A stretch of 61,850 nt of DNA, counting the filler, from Chiloscyllium plagiosum (lineage: Eukaryota), in the NCBI RefSeq assembly GCF_004010195.1. It is 4 parts of one record of this genome, joined end to end, with 100 filler letters (N's around TTAATTAATTAA, not from the genome) between each part and the next. Parts side by side here need not be neighbours in the genome. Positions count along the whole stretch, not along the records: positions 41,653 to 61,850 come from NC_057712.1; 3 more parts are not named here. One strand, written 5' to 3'. The notes under the pieces are model-generated. The model saw nothing but the letters and a program-made list of their open reading frames with translations. It ran no database searches and was not told the DNA's origin. This document shows positions 50,060-61,850 of the stretch, piece after piece. The number at the start of each line of letters is the position of its first letter. The stretch's first letter is position 1. A program made the position numbers and the translations under genes.

Positions 50060-50600
50060 AGAATCATAGAGTCATAGAGGTGTACAGTGTGGAAACAGAC
50101 CCTTTCGTTCAAATAGTCCATTCCCACCAGATATCCTAAATTAATCTAGTCCCATTTGTCAGCATTTGGCCCATATCTCTCTAAATCCTTCCTATTCATG
50201 TACCCATCTAGATAACTTTTAAATGTTGTAATTGTACCAGCCTCCACCACTTCCTCTGGCAGCTCATTCCATACACGCACCACCCTCTGTGTGAAACGTT
50301 GCCCCTCAGATCCATTTTAAATCTTTCCCCTATCACTTTAAACAGATCCATTTTAAATCTTTCCCCTTTTACCATCCAGTTTCGCACTCCCCTACCCTGG
50401 GAAAAAGACCTTAGTTATTCACCTTATCCATGCCTCTCATGATTTTATAAACCTCTACAAGCTTACCCCTCTGCTTCTGACACTCTGAGGAAAAAAGCCC
50501 CAACCTATTCAGCATACCCCATATCGCTCAATCGTGGCAACATCCTTGTATATCTTCTCTGAACCCTTTCAAATTTACCAACATCTTTTCTATTGCAGGG
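50060..50600 (-). mobile_element. CR1 3' fragment
   Basis: Reverse complement of the 3' end seen at 11206-11437. Confidence 0.8.
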
Positions 50601-51058
50601 AAACCACATCTCTGTCCTTTCCCCAATGCTGTACAGACATTTCCTCTTCAAATATCTACCAATTCCTTTGTGAATGTTACTATCAAATCAGTTCCCACCA
50701 GATCATTCCAGACTTTAATAGCTTTCTGTGGAAAAGACAATCTCCTCATCCCTCCTCTAGTCCCTTTGCCTATTAACTGAAATTTGTGTTCTTTAGATAC
50801 AGCTCCTCCTACCTGTAGAAAAAATACCTCCCTACAAACCCCTCATCCACTTTAGTGTTTATGTCTAAACTTCCCATTTCTACCTCTATTATGTATTATG
50901 GGTATTGTTACATTTCAAAAATTGATTGAAAAAAGTGCCGGCTATCTCCAAGTGTCATCTTGTTTCCAGGACGTAATTTAAACTGAATCCTCACTGAACC
51001 TTCTTGCAAGAATTTCTCATTCTCAACTGGTCATCGGTGGAAGGCAAGAGAATCTTAA

Positions 51059-51465
51059 AACATAGAACATAGAACATAGAACAATACAGCACAGAACAGG
51101 CCCTTCGGCCCACAATGTTGTGCCGAACATTTGTCCTAGCTTAAGCACCCATCCATGTACCTATCCAATTGCCATCTACTCTTATCTATTCCTCTGATCA
51201 TCTTATAAACCTCTCTCAAGTCACCCCTAATCCTTCCCCGTTCCAAGGAGAAGAGGCCTAGCACTCTCAACCTATCCTCGTACTACCTATTCTCCATTCC
51301 AGGCAACATCCTGGTAAATCTTCTCTGCACCCTCTCCAAAGCTTCCACATCTTTCCTAAAGTGAGGCAACCAGAACTGCACACAGTACTCCAAATGTGAC
51401 CTAACCAAAGTCCTGTACAGCTGCAACATCACCTCGCGACTCTTGAATTCCATGCCTCTGCTAAT
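51059..51465 (-). mobile_element. CR1 3' fragment
   Basis: (AACATAG)n tail and HLEYCVQFW motif. Confidence 0.8.
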
Positions 51466-51879
51466 CTTAGTATCACTGTAATGTTATGTTTTATGACCCA
51501 TGAATTACCATTGTATTATTTTAGAACTGTTCACCTGTCATTCTTCTGTTTGTGAAGTGGCTTTCACTTCCTGTCAACAGAGTGTTGATTTTAACATTCT
51601 CATCTTTGACTTCCTTGGAATTGTACCTTCCCTAAGTCTGTAATCTCTTCCAGCATCACTAGCAGCTTCCTGGCCATGTACTGAAACACACTTCATGCTT
51701 CTCACTAGCATATATGTTGCTTAAAGGGAATTTATACATCACAAGCAAAGTTTCTCACTTCAAATATACTCCCAGGTAGTGCATTGCAGATCCCCACCAC
51801 AGCATGTTTCTTGAAATCCCTTCAAAATCTCCTGCCTCTCAATTTATCTTGACCCCTCAACTAAAGGGAACTAAAGGGA

Positions 51880-53525
51880 CAAAGACATCCTTCCCCGATG
51901 CACTCAATACATTCTATGCTCAGTTCAAGCAGAATGCCAGTGGTGCAGTATCACCTGCCCCGACAGACCCAGACTCACCTGTGCCCACTGTCACCACTGC
52001 AGACATCAGATCAGTCTTCCTGGGAGTCAACACAAGGAAAGTGACAGGCCTGGACAGAGTCCCCGGATGAACACTTGTATCCTGTGGGGACTAACTGGCA
52101 GAGGTATTTACTGACATCTTCAACCTCTCCTTCCCACAAACTGAAGTCCTTACCTACTTCAAGAAGACTACCATCAACCCAATACCTAAGAAAGCAAATA
52201 CAGCGTGCTTTAATGACTACCACCCAGTGGCTCTGACCTCCATCATCATGAAGTGATTCAAGGAGCTGGTCACAGCTCACATCAACTCGTCTCCCAGCCT
52301 GCCTCAATCCCCTATAATTTGCCTACCATTGCAACAAGTTACACAGCAGATGCCATTTCCCTAGCCCTACACTCATCCTTGGAACACCTGGACAACAGAA
52401 TTCCTAGGTCAAACTCCTGCTCATTGAATTGAATTGAATTTATTGTCACATGTCAAAAGCCTGGTCTTGCAAACAATACAGGCAGATCACAGAGTTAAGT
52501 AGCATAGTTAATTAAATAATAGTTAAACAGCAGCAAAAACAAAAACACAGGTACTGGCAAATGTTGAGTTTGTGAGCTCATTCAGTATTCTAACAACAGT
52601 CGGGTAGAAACTGTTACCGAAACCAGCTGGTGTGTGTGTGTGTGTTCAGGCTTCTGTATCTTCTCCCTGATGGTAGAGGTTGTAGAAAAACATTGTCAGA
52701 GTGTGATAGATCTTTGAGAATAATGGCGGCCTTTCCTTGACAGCGGGCCTGTTGGATAGATTCTATAGATGGGAGGTTGGCCTTTGTGATTGTCCGGCCG
52801 AGTTCACCACTCTCTGTAACCGTCTCTGATCTTGAATGGTACAGTTACCATACCAGGTAGTGATACATCCAGGCAGAATGCTCTCGATGGCGCACCTATA
52901 AAAGTTGGCAAGGGTATTCGCCTTTCCTCAGCTGCCTGAGGAAGAAGAGACATTGTTGGGCTTTTGTAACCGGTGCGTCCTCATGAAGAGTCCAAGAAAG
53001 CTTGTTGTGGGTGACAACTCCCAGGTGCTTGACACTGTCCACTCATTCCACCTCTGTGCTGTTAATGTTTAGGGGGGCTGAGTAACATCGTGCCGAAAGT
53101 CAATAATGAGTTTCTTGGTTTTGCTGGCATTGAGAGCGAGGTTGTTCTCAGGGCACCATTTTTCCAGGTCTTTCATCTTCCGTCTGTAGTCTGTTCATCG
53201 ACTACAGCTCTGCCTTCAACACCATTAACCCCTCCATGCTGGTCTCAAAAATGTGTGACTTTGATCTTGCTCTGCCCTCTGCAATTGGATCCTCAGCTTT
53301 CTGACCCACAGACTGCCATCAGTGAAGACAGACCACTACACTTCTTCCACAATAACCCTCAACACTGGAGCCCCTAACAAGGATGATTCTCAGCCCCCTA
53401 CTGTACTCCCTGTGCACCCACAACTGTGTTGGCAAATTCCGAGTGAAAGCCATCTACAACTTTGCTGATGACACCATCGTAGTAGGACGGATATCTAACA
53501 ACAAAGGGTCAGAGTACAGAAAGAG
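51880..53525 (+). mobile_element. Rex1/Babar LINE RT fragment (plus) containing an inverted Rex1/Babar 3' piece at 52425-53190
   Basis: [56 protein letters not shown]. Confidence 0.8.
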
Positions 53526-54225
53526 CAAAGAACAAAGAAAGGACAAAGAATATTAACAGCCCAGGAACAGGCCCTTTGGCCCTCCAAGCCTGAGCCCATC
53601 CAAATGTATTGTCTAAACCTGTCGCCCAATTACTAAGCATCTGTATCCCTCTGTTCCCCACCTACTCATGCATCTTAAATGAATCTACCGTGCCTGCCTC
53701 TACCACCTCTGCTGGCAACACGTTCCAAACGCCCACCACCCTCTGTGTGAAGTACTTGCCGCGTGTGTCCCCCTTAAACTTTCCACCTCTCACCTTGAAA
53801 TCGTGGCCTCTTGTTATGGAATCCTTCACCCTGGGAAAAAGCTTGTCACTATCCACCCTGTCTATACCCTTCATGATTTTGTAAACCTCAATCAAGTCCC
53901 TCCTCAATTTCCTTTTTTCTCATGAAAACAAACCTAACCTACTCAACCTTTCTTCATAGCTAGCACCTTCCATACCAGGCAACATCCTCGTAAACCTTCT
54001 CTGCATCCTCTCCAAAGCATTCACATCCTTTTGGTAATGTGGCGACCAGAACTGTACACAGTATTCTAAATACGGCCGAACCAATGTCTTGTACAATTTT
54101 AACATGACTTGCCAGCTCTTATACTCAATACCCCGTCCAATGAAGGCAAACATACTATATGCTTTCTTGACCACTCTATCCACTTGTGCAGCAACCTTCA
54201 GGGTACACTGGACCTGCACTCCCAG
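53526..54225 (-). mobile_element. CR1 3' part
   Basis: ORFs 53662-53907 and 53920-54309 closely match the copy at 1521-2200. Confidence 0.88.
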
Positions 54226-54592
54226 ATTTACAAAATTATGAGGGGCGTGGATAGGATAAATAGACAAAGTCTTTTCCCTGGGGTCGGGGAGTCCAGAACT
54301 AGAGGGCATAGGTTTAGGGTGAGAGGGGAAAGATATAAAAGAGACTTAAGGGGCAACATTTTCACGCAGAGGGTGGTACGTGTATGGAATGAGCTGCCAG
54401 AGGATGTGGTGGAGGCTGGTACAATTGCAACATTTAAGAGGCATTTGGATGGGTACATGAATAGGAAGGGTTTGGAGGAATATGGGCTGGGTGCTGGCAG
54501 GTGGGACTAGATTGGGTTGGGATATCTGGTCGGCATGGACGGGTTGGACCGAAGGGTCTGTTTCCATGCTGTACATCCCTGTGACTCTATGA
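54226..54592 (+). mobile_element. CR1 3' end
   Basis: YKIMRGVDRINRQSLFP..SRTRGH..FTQRVV; 3' UTR and tail. Confidence 0.88.
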
Positions 54593-54695
54593 CCAAGTCC
54601 TCAACGTAAGGCTTTTATTTTTTCTTTATCTTTCTTTGTCATATATTTAAGTGCATTGTTTGGTTTTAGTTAGTTCATATAAAGCTAAGCTTACA

Positions 54696-55641
54696 ATGGC
54701 AGGGGACCTCAGACCTGTGGCATGTGCCTTTTGCTTGATGTGGGAGCTTAGGAATGTGGCTGACATTCCTGACTCTTACACTTGCAAGACGTGTGTCCAG
54801 CTGCAGCTGTTGTTTGACCACATGACTGCTCTGGAGTGTGGATGGACTCACTGTGGAGCATCCGCGATGCTGAGGAGGTTGTGGATAGCATGGTTAGTGA
54901 ACTGGTCACACCGCAGGTTAGGATTGCTGAGGGAGACAGTGAATGGGTGACCAAAAGACAGAAAAAGAGTAGGAAGGCAGTGTAAGTGTGCCCTGCAGTC
55001 ATCTCCCTCCAAAACAGGCATACCGTTTTGGATACTGTTGGGGGAGATGGATCACCAGGGGAGGGCAGCAGTTGCCAGGATCATGGCACCATGGCGGGCA
55101 CTGCTGTTCAGAAGGTGGGAAAAGGACTCGAAGGGCCATTTCATAGGGGATTCTATTGTGAGGGGAGTAGATAGGCGGTTCTGGGGCCGAACACGAGACT
55201 CCCAGACGGTATGTTGCCTCCCAGTTGCTCGGGTCAGGGATGTCACCGATCAGCTGCAGACCATTCTGAAAGGGGAGGGTGAACTGCCAGTTGTCTTGCT
55301 GCATGTGGGCACCAATGATATAAGTAGAAAACGAGATGAGGTCCTGAAAGAAGAACTCAGGGAGCTAAGACAGAAGTTAAAGAGGAGGACCTCAAAGGTA
55401 GTGATCTCGGGATTACTACCAATGCCATGTGCTAGCCAGCATAGAAATGAAAAAAATAGGCAGGATGAACACATGGCTTGAGGGGTGGTGTAGGAGGGAG
55501 GGGTTCAGATTTGTTGGACATTGGGACCGGTTCTGGGGAAGGTGGGACTATTACAAAATGGATAGTCTACACCTGAATCAGACTGGAACCAATGTCCTTG
55601 GGGGAGTTCTTGCTACTGCTGTTGGGGAGGTTTTAAACTAA
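54696..55641 (+). pseudogene. CR1 ORF1 (zinc finger + SGNH/GDSL esterase), decayed
   Basis: CAFCLMW..YTCKTC; GDSIVRG; HVGTND; D.LHLN..G. Confidence 0.85.
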
Positions 55642-55962
55642 TGTGGCAGGGGGCTGGGAACCAGAAGAGGAAACAACTAGGCAGCGAGGTGGAGACTGGA
55701 GACTTTTCTCTGTACTTAGATACATATGAATAAATAAATCAACACAAATTTAGTCAGTTGCTCTCTATTCATCCTGTTCATGACCCCATAATCTCTACCA
55801 GATCCAATCTCAACCCTCTCTGTTCTGCAGAAAACTACCTGAGCTTATTGAGCCTCTCTTCATAGCTGAAACACTCCAATACAAACAACATCCTGTTGAA
55901 TCTCCTCAGTACCACCTCCAGTGCAATCACATCATTTCTGTCGTGTGCTGTCTGGAAGTTTA

Positions 55963-58900
55963 GAACATAGAACGTAGAAAAGCACAGCACAGAACAGGCC
56001 CTTAGGCCCACAATGTTGTGCCGAGACTAATCCTAATGTAAAATATAGTAATTTAACCTACCCACCCCTCAACTGTGCATGTCCAGCAGTCGCTTAAATG
56101 TCCCCAATGACTTTGTGTCCACCACCTCAGCTGGCAACGCATTCCATGCATTCACCATAGAACGTAGAAAAGCACAGCACAGAACAGGCCCTTAGGCCCA
56201 CAATGTTGTGCCGAGACTAATCCTAATGTAAAATATAGTAATTTAACCTACGCACCCCTCAACTGTGCATGTCCAGCAGTCGCTTAAATGTCCCCAATGA
56301 CTTTGTGTCCACCACCACAGCTGGCAACGCATTCCATGCATTCACAGCTCTCTGTGTAAAGAACCTACCTCTGACGTCTTCTTTATATCTTCCTCCTAAT
56401 ATCTTCAAACTATGCCCCCTCGTACCAGTCAATCCTGCCTTGGGGAAAAGTCTCTGGCTATTGACTCTGTCTATTCCTCTCATTATTTTGTACACCTCGA
56501 TCAGGTCTCCTCTCTTCCTCCTTCTCTCCAGAGAGAAAAGTCTGAGCTTATTCAACCTCTCTTCTTAAGGCAAGCCCTCCAGTCTAGACAGCATCCTGGT
56601 AAACCTTCTTTGCATCCTCTCCAAAGCCTCTGTATCTTTCCTATAGTAGGGCGACCAGAAGTGGACACAATATTCCAAGTGCGGTCTCACCAGGGTCTTG
56701 TAAAGCTGCAGCAAAACCTCGCCGCTCTTAAACTCGATACCCCTGTTATTGAAAGCCAAAATACCATATGCTTTCTTAACAACCCTATCCACTTGCGTGG
56801 CAACTTTGAGAGATCTATGTACTTGCACACCCAGATCCCTCTGTTCCTCCACACTGCCAAGAATCCTGTCTTTAATCCTATATTCAGCATTCGAGTTCAA
56901 CCTTCCAAAATGCATCACTTCGCATTTATCCAGGTTGAACTCCATCTGCCTATGTCGCGCTGCAGCCTGCAGTAGCCCTCTATACTATTGATGACACCTC
57001 CAACCTTTGTGTCATCTGCAAATTAACTAACCCACCCCTCAACCTCATCATCCAAGCCATTTATAAAAACTACAAAGAGCAGAGGCCCAAGAACAGAGCC
57101 CTGCGGGACCCCATTCAACACTGTCTTCCAGGCAGAATACTTTCCATCTACAACCTTCGGTCAGCCAACCAATTCTGAATCCAGATAGCCAAATCTACCA
57201 GTATCCCATACATCCTGACTTTATGAATGAGCCTTCCATGGGGAACCCTATCACATGCTTTGCTGAAATTCATATACACCACATCTACATCTACTGCTCA
57301 ACCTTCATCGACCTGTCTTACACCTCCTCAAAGAACTCAATAAGATTTGTGAGGCATGACCTGCCCCTCACAAAGCCATGCTGACTGCCTTTAATCACAC
57401 TATGCTTTGCCAAACAGTCATAAATCCTATCCCTCAGAATTCTTTCCACAACTTTGCTGACCATAGACGTAAGACCCTTCTTGAAAAGAGGAACAACATT
57501 CGCCTCCTTCCAATCCTCCGGTACAACTCCCATGGAGAGTGAGGAGGCAAATATCCTCGCCAGCGACTTAGCAACCTCCTTTCTCGCTTCCTGGAGCAGT
57601 CTAGGATAAATCTGGTCTGGCTGATTTATCAATCTTAATGTTTTCCAAAATTTCTAGCACATCCACTTCATCAAACTTGATCTGGTCAAGACTGTATCCC
57701 AGCTCCTCTAAGCTTTCATTTACAACAAGTTCCCTTTCCTTGGTGAAAACCAAAGCAAAAACCTCATTTTGGGCTTCCCCTATTTGCTCAGACTCCACGC
57801 ACAAGTTCCCTCCACTATCCCTGATCGGCCCTACGTTCTCCCTCATCATTCTCTTATTCCTGACGCATGAGTAAAATGCCTTTCGGTTCTCCCTAATCCT
57901 TCTTGCCAAGCCTTTTTTGTGCCCCCTCCTGGCTTTCCTCAGTCCATTTCTGAGCTCCTTTCTAGCAAGCTTGTAATCCTCTAAAGCTGTGGTGGATTCT
58001 TGCTTCCTCCACCTTACGTAAACTGCCTTCTTCCTTTTGATGAGAAGCTCCTCTGTTCTCGTCATCCAAGACTCATACTGAGTAAGGAAACCATCCTGAA
58101 CACACCTGACAAAAACGGCTCTATCCAAACCATCTGCACTGAGGAGGTTCCAGTCAATATTGGGAAAGTTGAAATCACCCATAAGAACAACCCTGCTACT
58201 TCTGCATTTTTCTAGAATCTGCCCGCCAATCAACAACCTTCGCTTCTGTAGCTGTGATGCACTCTCTGATTAGCAATGCTACACCCCCTCCTCTTTTTCC
58301 ACCCCTCCTGTTCTTTTTTCTGCATTTTTCTAGAATCCAAACCTTCCTCAACAACCTTCGCTTCTGTAGCTGTGATGCGTTCTCTGATTAGCAATGCTAC
58401 ACCCCCTCCTCTTTTTCCACCCCTCCTGTTCTTTTTAAACGTTCTAAACCCTGGAACATCTAGCAACCATCCCTGCCCCTGTGAAACCCACGTCTCCGTT
58501 ATGGCCACAACATCATAGCCCCAAGCACTGATCCATGTGCTAAGTTCGTAACTCTTATTCCGGACACTCCTTGCATTAAAGCAGACACACTTTAACCGAT
58601 CCCTATGTTTCATCGCATGAGAAACCTTCCTGATAGATTCAATATATCCTGTCACTGTCCTGTCCGCAACTGACCCCCTCTCAGACATGTGGCTCCGATT
58701 CCCACCCCCTTGCCAAACTAGTTTAAACCCTCCCGAATTGCACAAGCAAATCTCCCACCCAGGACATTTGTACCCCTCCAGTTCAAGTGCAACCCGTCCT
58801 TCATGTACAGGCCCCATCTTCCCCAAAAGGCATCCCAATGGTCTAGATATCTGAAGCCCTCCCTCCTGCACCAGCCTCGCAGCCACGTGTTAAGCTGCAT

Positions 58901-59800
58901 TCGCTGACTGTTCCTCATCTCACTATCTCATGGCACCAGTAGCAAACCCGAGATAACTACTCTACTCATCCTGCTCTTCAGCTTCCAACCTAGCTCTCTG
59001 TAGTCACTTTTCAGATCGTCAATCTTTTTCCTGGCTATATCATTGATGCCAATATTATCACAATTTCTGGCTGCTCCCCCTCCCCCTTCAGAATCTGGTA
59101 AACCCGATTGGCGACATCCTGGACCCTGGCACTAGGGAGGCAACATACCTTCCGGGAGTCCCGTTCCTGACCACAAAATCTCTTGTCAATCCGTCTAACT
59201 ATTGAGTCCCCTACCACTAGCGCTTTTCTATTTCCCTCCCCTTCCCTTCTGAGCCTCAGTGCCAGGCTCAGTGCCAGAGACCTGACAACTATGGCTTTCC
59301 CCTGGTAGGCCGTCCCCACCAGCAGTATCCAAAACGGTTCACTTATTGCTGAGGGGAACAGCCACAGGGGATCCCTGCTCTGACCGTCTCCCCCTGACAG
59401 TAACCAACTGTCCTTATCCTGTGTCTGGGGAGTGACCACCTCTCTGTACATCCTCTCAATTTCCCCCTCAGCCTCCCAGATGATCCATAGTTTATCCAGC
59501 TCCAGCTCCAGTTCCCTAACTGGGTTTTCGAGGAGCTGGACTTGAGTGCACTTCTCGCAGATGTAGTTGACAGAGACATGTGTAGTGTCTCTCACCTGCC
59601 ACATTCTGCAGGTGGAACATGCGACTGCCCTATCAGCCATACCCCGCTACTCTGAAAACCTGCACAGAACTAAACAAAGGAAGAGAAGAAAAAAAAAGAG
59701 AAACCTGAAAATTTACCTAGTTTACAGAGTAAGGTTAGAGGAGGTGGGTGGGAGGGAGGCCCTATGATGTAGGATCTCGGGTTTAGATCTCATCCACTTA
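55963..59800 (-). mobile_element. Near full-length CR1 LINE (ORF1 esterase 59640-58718; ORF2 APE-RT ~58650-56259) with internal deletions
   Basis: CSTCRMW..YICEKC, VVGDSIVR, DGLHLN; FNARSV, AITETW, MGDFNFP, WKEANVVPLFKK, QHGF..RSCLTNL; tandemly duplicated 3' end. Confidence 0.9.
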
Positions 59801-59859
59801 AAAACTCCTGAGACATCCTTCGGTCCTCCCTCGCACCTCTCTGCAAATTTGCGCAACAT

Positions 59860-61630
59860 GGACATCACTGTCAGGTCAGAATTTATTGCCTATCCCGAGT
59901 TGCCCCTGAGCAGGTGTAGGTGAGCTGCAGCAATCCTCACTGTGGGTTGACCCACAATGCTATTAGGGAGGGAATTTCAGAATTTTGACCCAGTGACAAT
60001 GAAGGAACAGCAATATATTTCCAAGGCAGGATGATGAGTGCCTTGGAGGGAAACTTGTAGGTGGTGGTGTTCTGATGTTTTTACTGCCATTGTCCTTCTA
60101 AATGGAATTGGTCATCAGTTTGGAAGGTGCTGCCTAAGAATCTTTGGTGAATTTCTGCCGTGCATCTTGTAGATTAGTACACACTTCTGCAACGAAGCAT
60201 CAGTAGGGAGGGAGTGGATGATTGTGGATGTGGTGCCAATCAAGCGGGCTGCTTTGTCCTGGATAATGTCAAATATCTTGAGTGTTGATGAAGCTGCACC
60301 CATCTAGGCAAATGGAGAGTATTCCATTACACTTTTGACTTGTGCCTTGTAGATGGTGGACAGGTTTTGGAGCATCAGGAGGTGAGTTAATCACCACAGT
60401 ATTCCTAGCCTCTGAAGTACTCTTGCAGCTACTGTCTTTATGTGATGAATGCTGTTGTATTTCTGGTTAATGGATGTTGATAGTGGGGAATTCATAGTGT
60501 CAACACCATTGATTGTCAATTTTTAATTGTTTCTTATTGGAGGTCATATTCTGGCATTTGTGTGGTGCAAATGTTACTTGCCACTTGTCAGCCCAAGCCT
60601 GGGTATTGTCCAGAACTTGTTGCATTTGAACATAGACTGCTTCAATATCAGAGGAGTAAAAAATGGTGCTGAACATTGTGTAATCATTGACGAATATTCC
60701 CACTTCTGACCTTATGTTGGGGGAAGGTCATTGATGACGCAGCTGAAGATGGTTGGGCCTAGGTCACTACCTAGAGAAACCCCTGCAGAGATGTCCTGGA
60801 GCTGAGATGACTGACCTCCAACAATTACAGCCATCTTCCTTTTTGGCAGGTGTAATTTAGCCAGCAGAGAGGTTGCTCTGATACTCATTGATACCAGTTT
60901 GCTTGGGCTCCTTAAATGCCATGCTTGGTTGAATGTGGCTTTGATGTCAAGGACTGTCTCTCTCACCTCACCTCTGGAACTCAGCTCTTTTGTCATATTA
61001 GAACCAAGGCTGTAATGAGATCAGGAGCTGAGTGGCCCTGGTGGAACCCAAAGTGGGTGTCAGTGAGCAGGTTATTGCTGAGCAGGTGCTGCTTGACAGC
61101 ACTGTTGATGACACCTTCTATCACTTCCCTGATGATCGAGAGTAGGTTGATGGGCAGCAATTGGTTTGATTGGATTTGTCCTGCTTTTTCTGTACAAGGC
61201 ACACCTGGACAATTTTCCACATTGTTGGATAGATGCTATTGTTGCAGCTGTACGGAAATGGACTGGCAAGGGGAGTGGCAAGTTTTGGAGCACAAGTCAT
61301 CTGTACAATTGCTGGAATGTTGTCAGGGTCAGTAGGCAATGCAGTATCTACTGTTTCTAAGCATTCCGTAATACCATGTGGAGTGAATCAAATTGGCTGA
61401 AGACTGGTATCTGTGATATTGGAGTCCAACTGGAAGAGAAAGTGAGGACTGCAGATGCTGGAGATCAGAGCTGAAAATGTGTTGCTGGAAAAGCACAGCA
61501 GGTCAGGCAGCATCCAAGGAGCAGGAGAATCGACGTTTCGGGCATGAGCCCTTCTTCAGGAATCCAACTGGAAGTGCCCAAGGTAGATCATCCCCTCAGC
61601 AATCCTGGACGAAGATTGTTGCAAATGTTT
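59860..61630 (-). mobile_element. CR1/L2-group LINE RT fragment
   Basis: DNIPAIV..CAP.LA.PL, FGFHQGHSAPDL, LDIKA.F, LGPTIFS..INDLP, WADKWQVTFAPHKC. Confidence 0.8.
61437..61562 (-). mobile_element. Solo PLE terminal repeat (126 bp) with intact hammerhead motif
   Basis: Reverse complement TTC-CTGAAGA-A-GGGC-TCAT-GCCC-GAAA-CGTC; 12-bp TSD TCCAACTGGAAG at 61425-61436 and 61563-61574. Confidence 0.85.
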
Positions 61631-61644
61631 GACAACCATGATGG

Positions 61645-61850
61645 GCTCAGCCTGCTCCTGCCCCACCGAACTCATCTCTGCATACCTCGACACGGTCCTG
61701 TCCCCCTTAGTCCAAGAACTCCCCACCTACGTTCGGGACACCACCCACGCCTTCCACCTCCTCCATGATTTTCGCTTCCCCGGCTCCCAACGCCTTATCT
61801 TCTCCATGGACATCCAGTCCCTATACACCTCCATCCCCCATCACGAAGGA
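61645..61850 (+). mobile_element. PLE reverse transcriptase fragment (runs off the window)
   Basis: SACSCPTELISAYLDTVLSPLVQELPTYVRDT..LIFSMDIQSLYTSIPH. Confidence 0.85.

Noticed and set aside
55963..56345. ~190-bp tandem duplication of a CR1 3' end as a possible LTR
   Set aside because: It is a local duplication of a LINE tail (slippage or assembly) with no TG..CA ends or PBS.

Overview
Eukaryotic (vertebrate) genomic DNA made almost entirely of nested, mostly decayed transposons and satellites. No host protein-coding gene or CRISPR array could be supported. V-domain tRNA-derived SINEs resembling shark HE1, together with CR1/HER1-like LINEs, suggest a cartilaginous fish (inference). The window holds many CR1 LINE pieces (two with zinc-finger plus SGNH-esterase ORF1), Rex1/Babar pieces, an internally deleted L1 with a target-site duplication (TSD), a hAT-type element carrying nested insertions, a decayed Gypsy element, two satellites and three artificial N44-TTAATTAATTAA-N44 joins. 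It also holds several Penelope-like element (PLE) insertions with fold-back architecture, 12-15 bp TSDs and minimal hammerhead-ribozyme motifs. The most unusual structure is a ~12.7 kb head-to-tail array of Tx1-clade non-LTR elements (24736-37455) that appears to split the 5' LTR of the Gypsy element. Each copy is preceded by permuted copies of its own 3' end, and 3'-end fragments are also inserted into its own ORF2. Repeat boundaries are approximate unless a TSD is quoted. All family calls come from motif recognition, not database searches.
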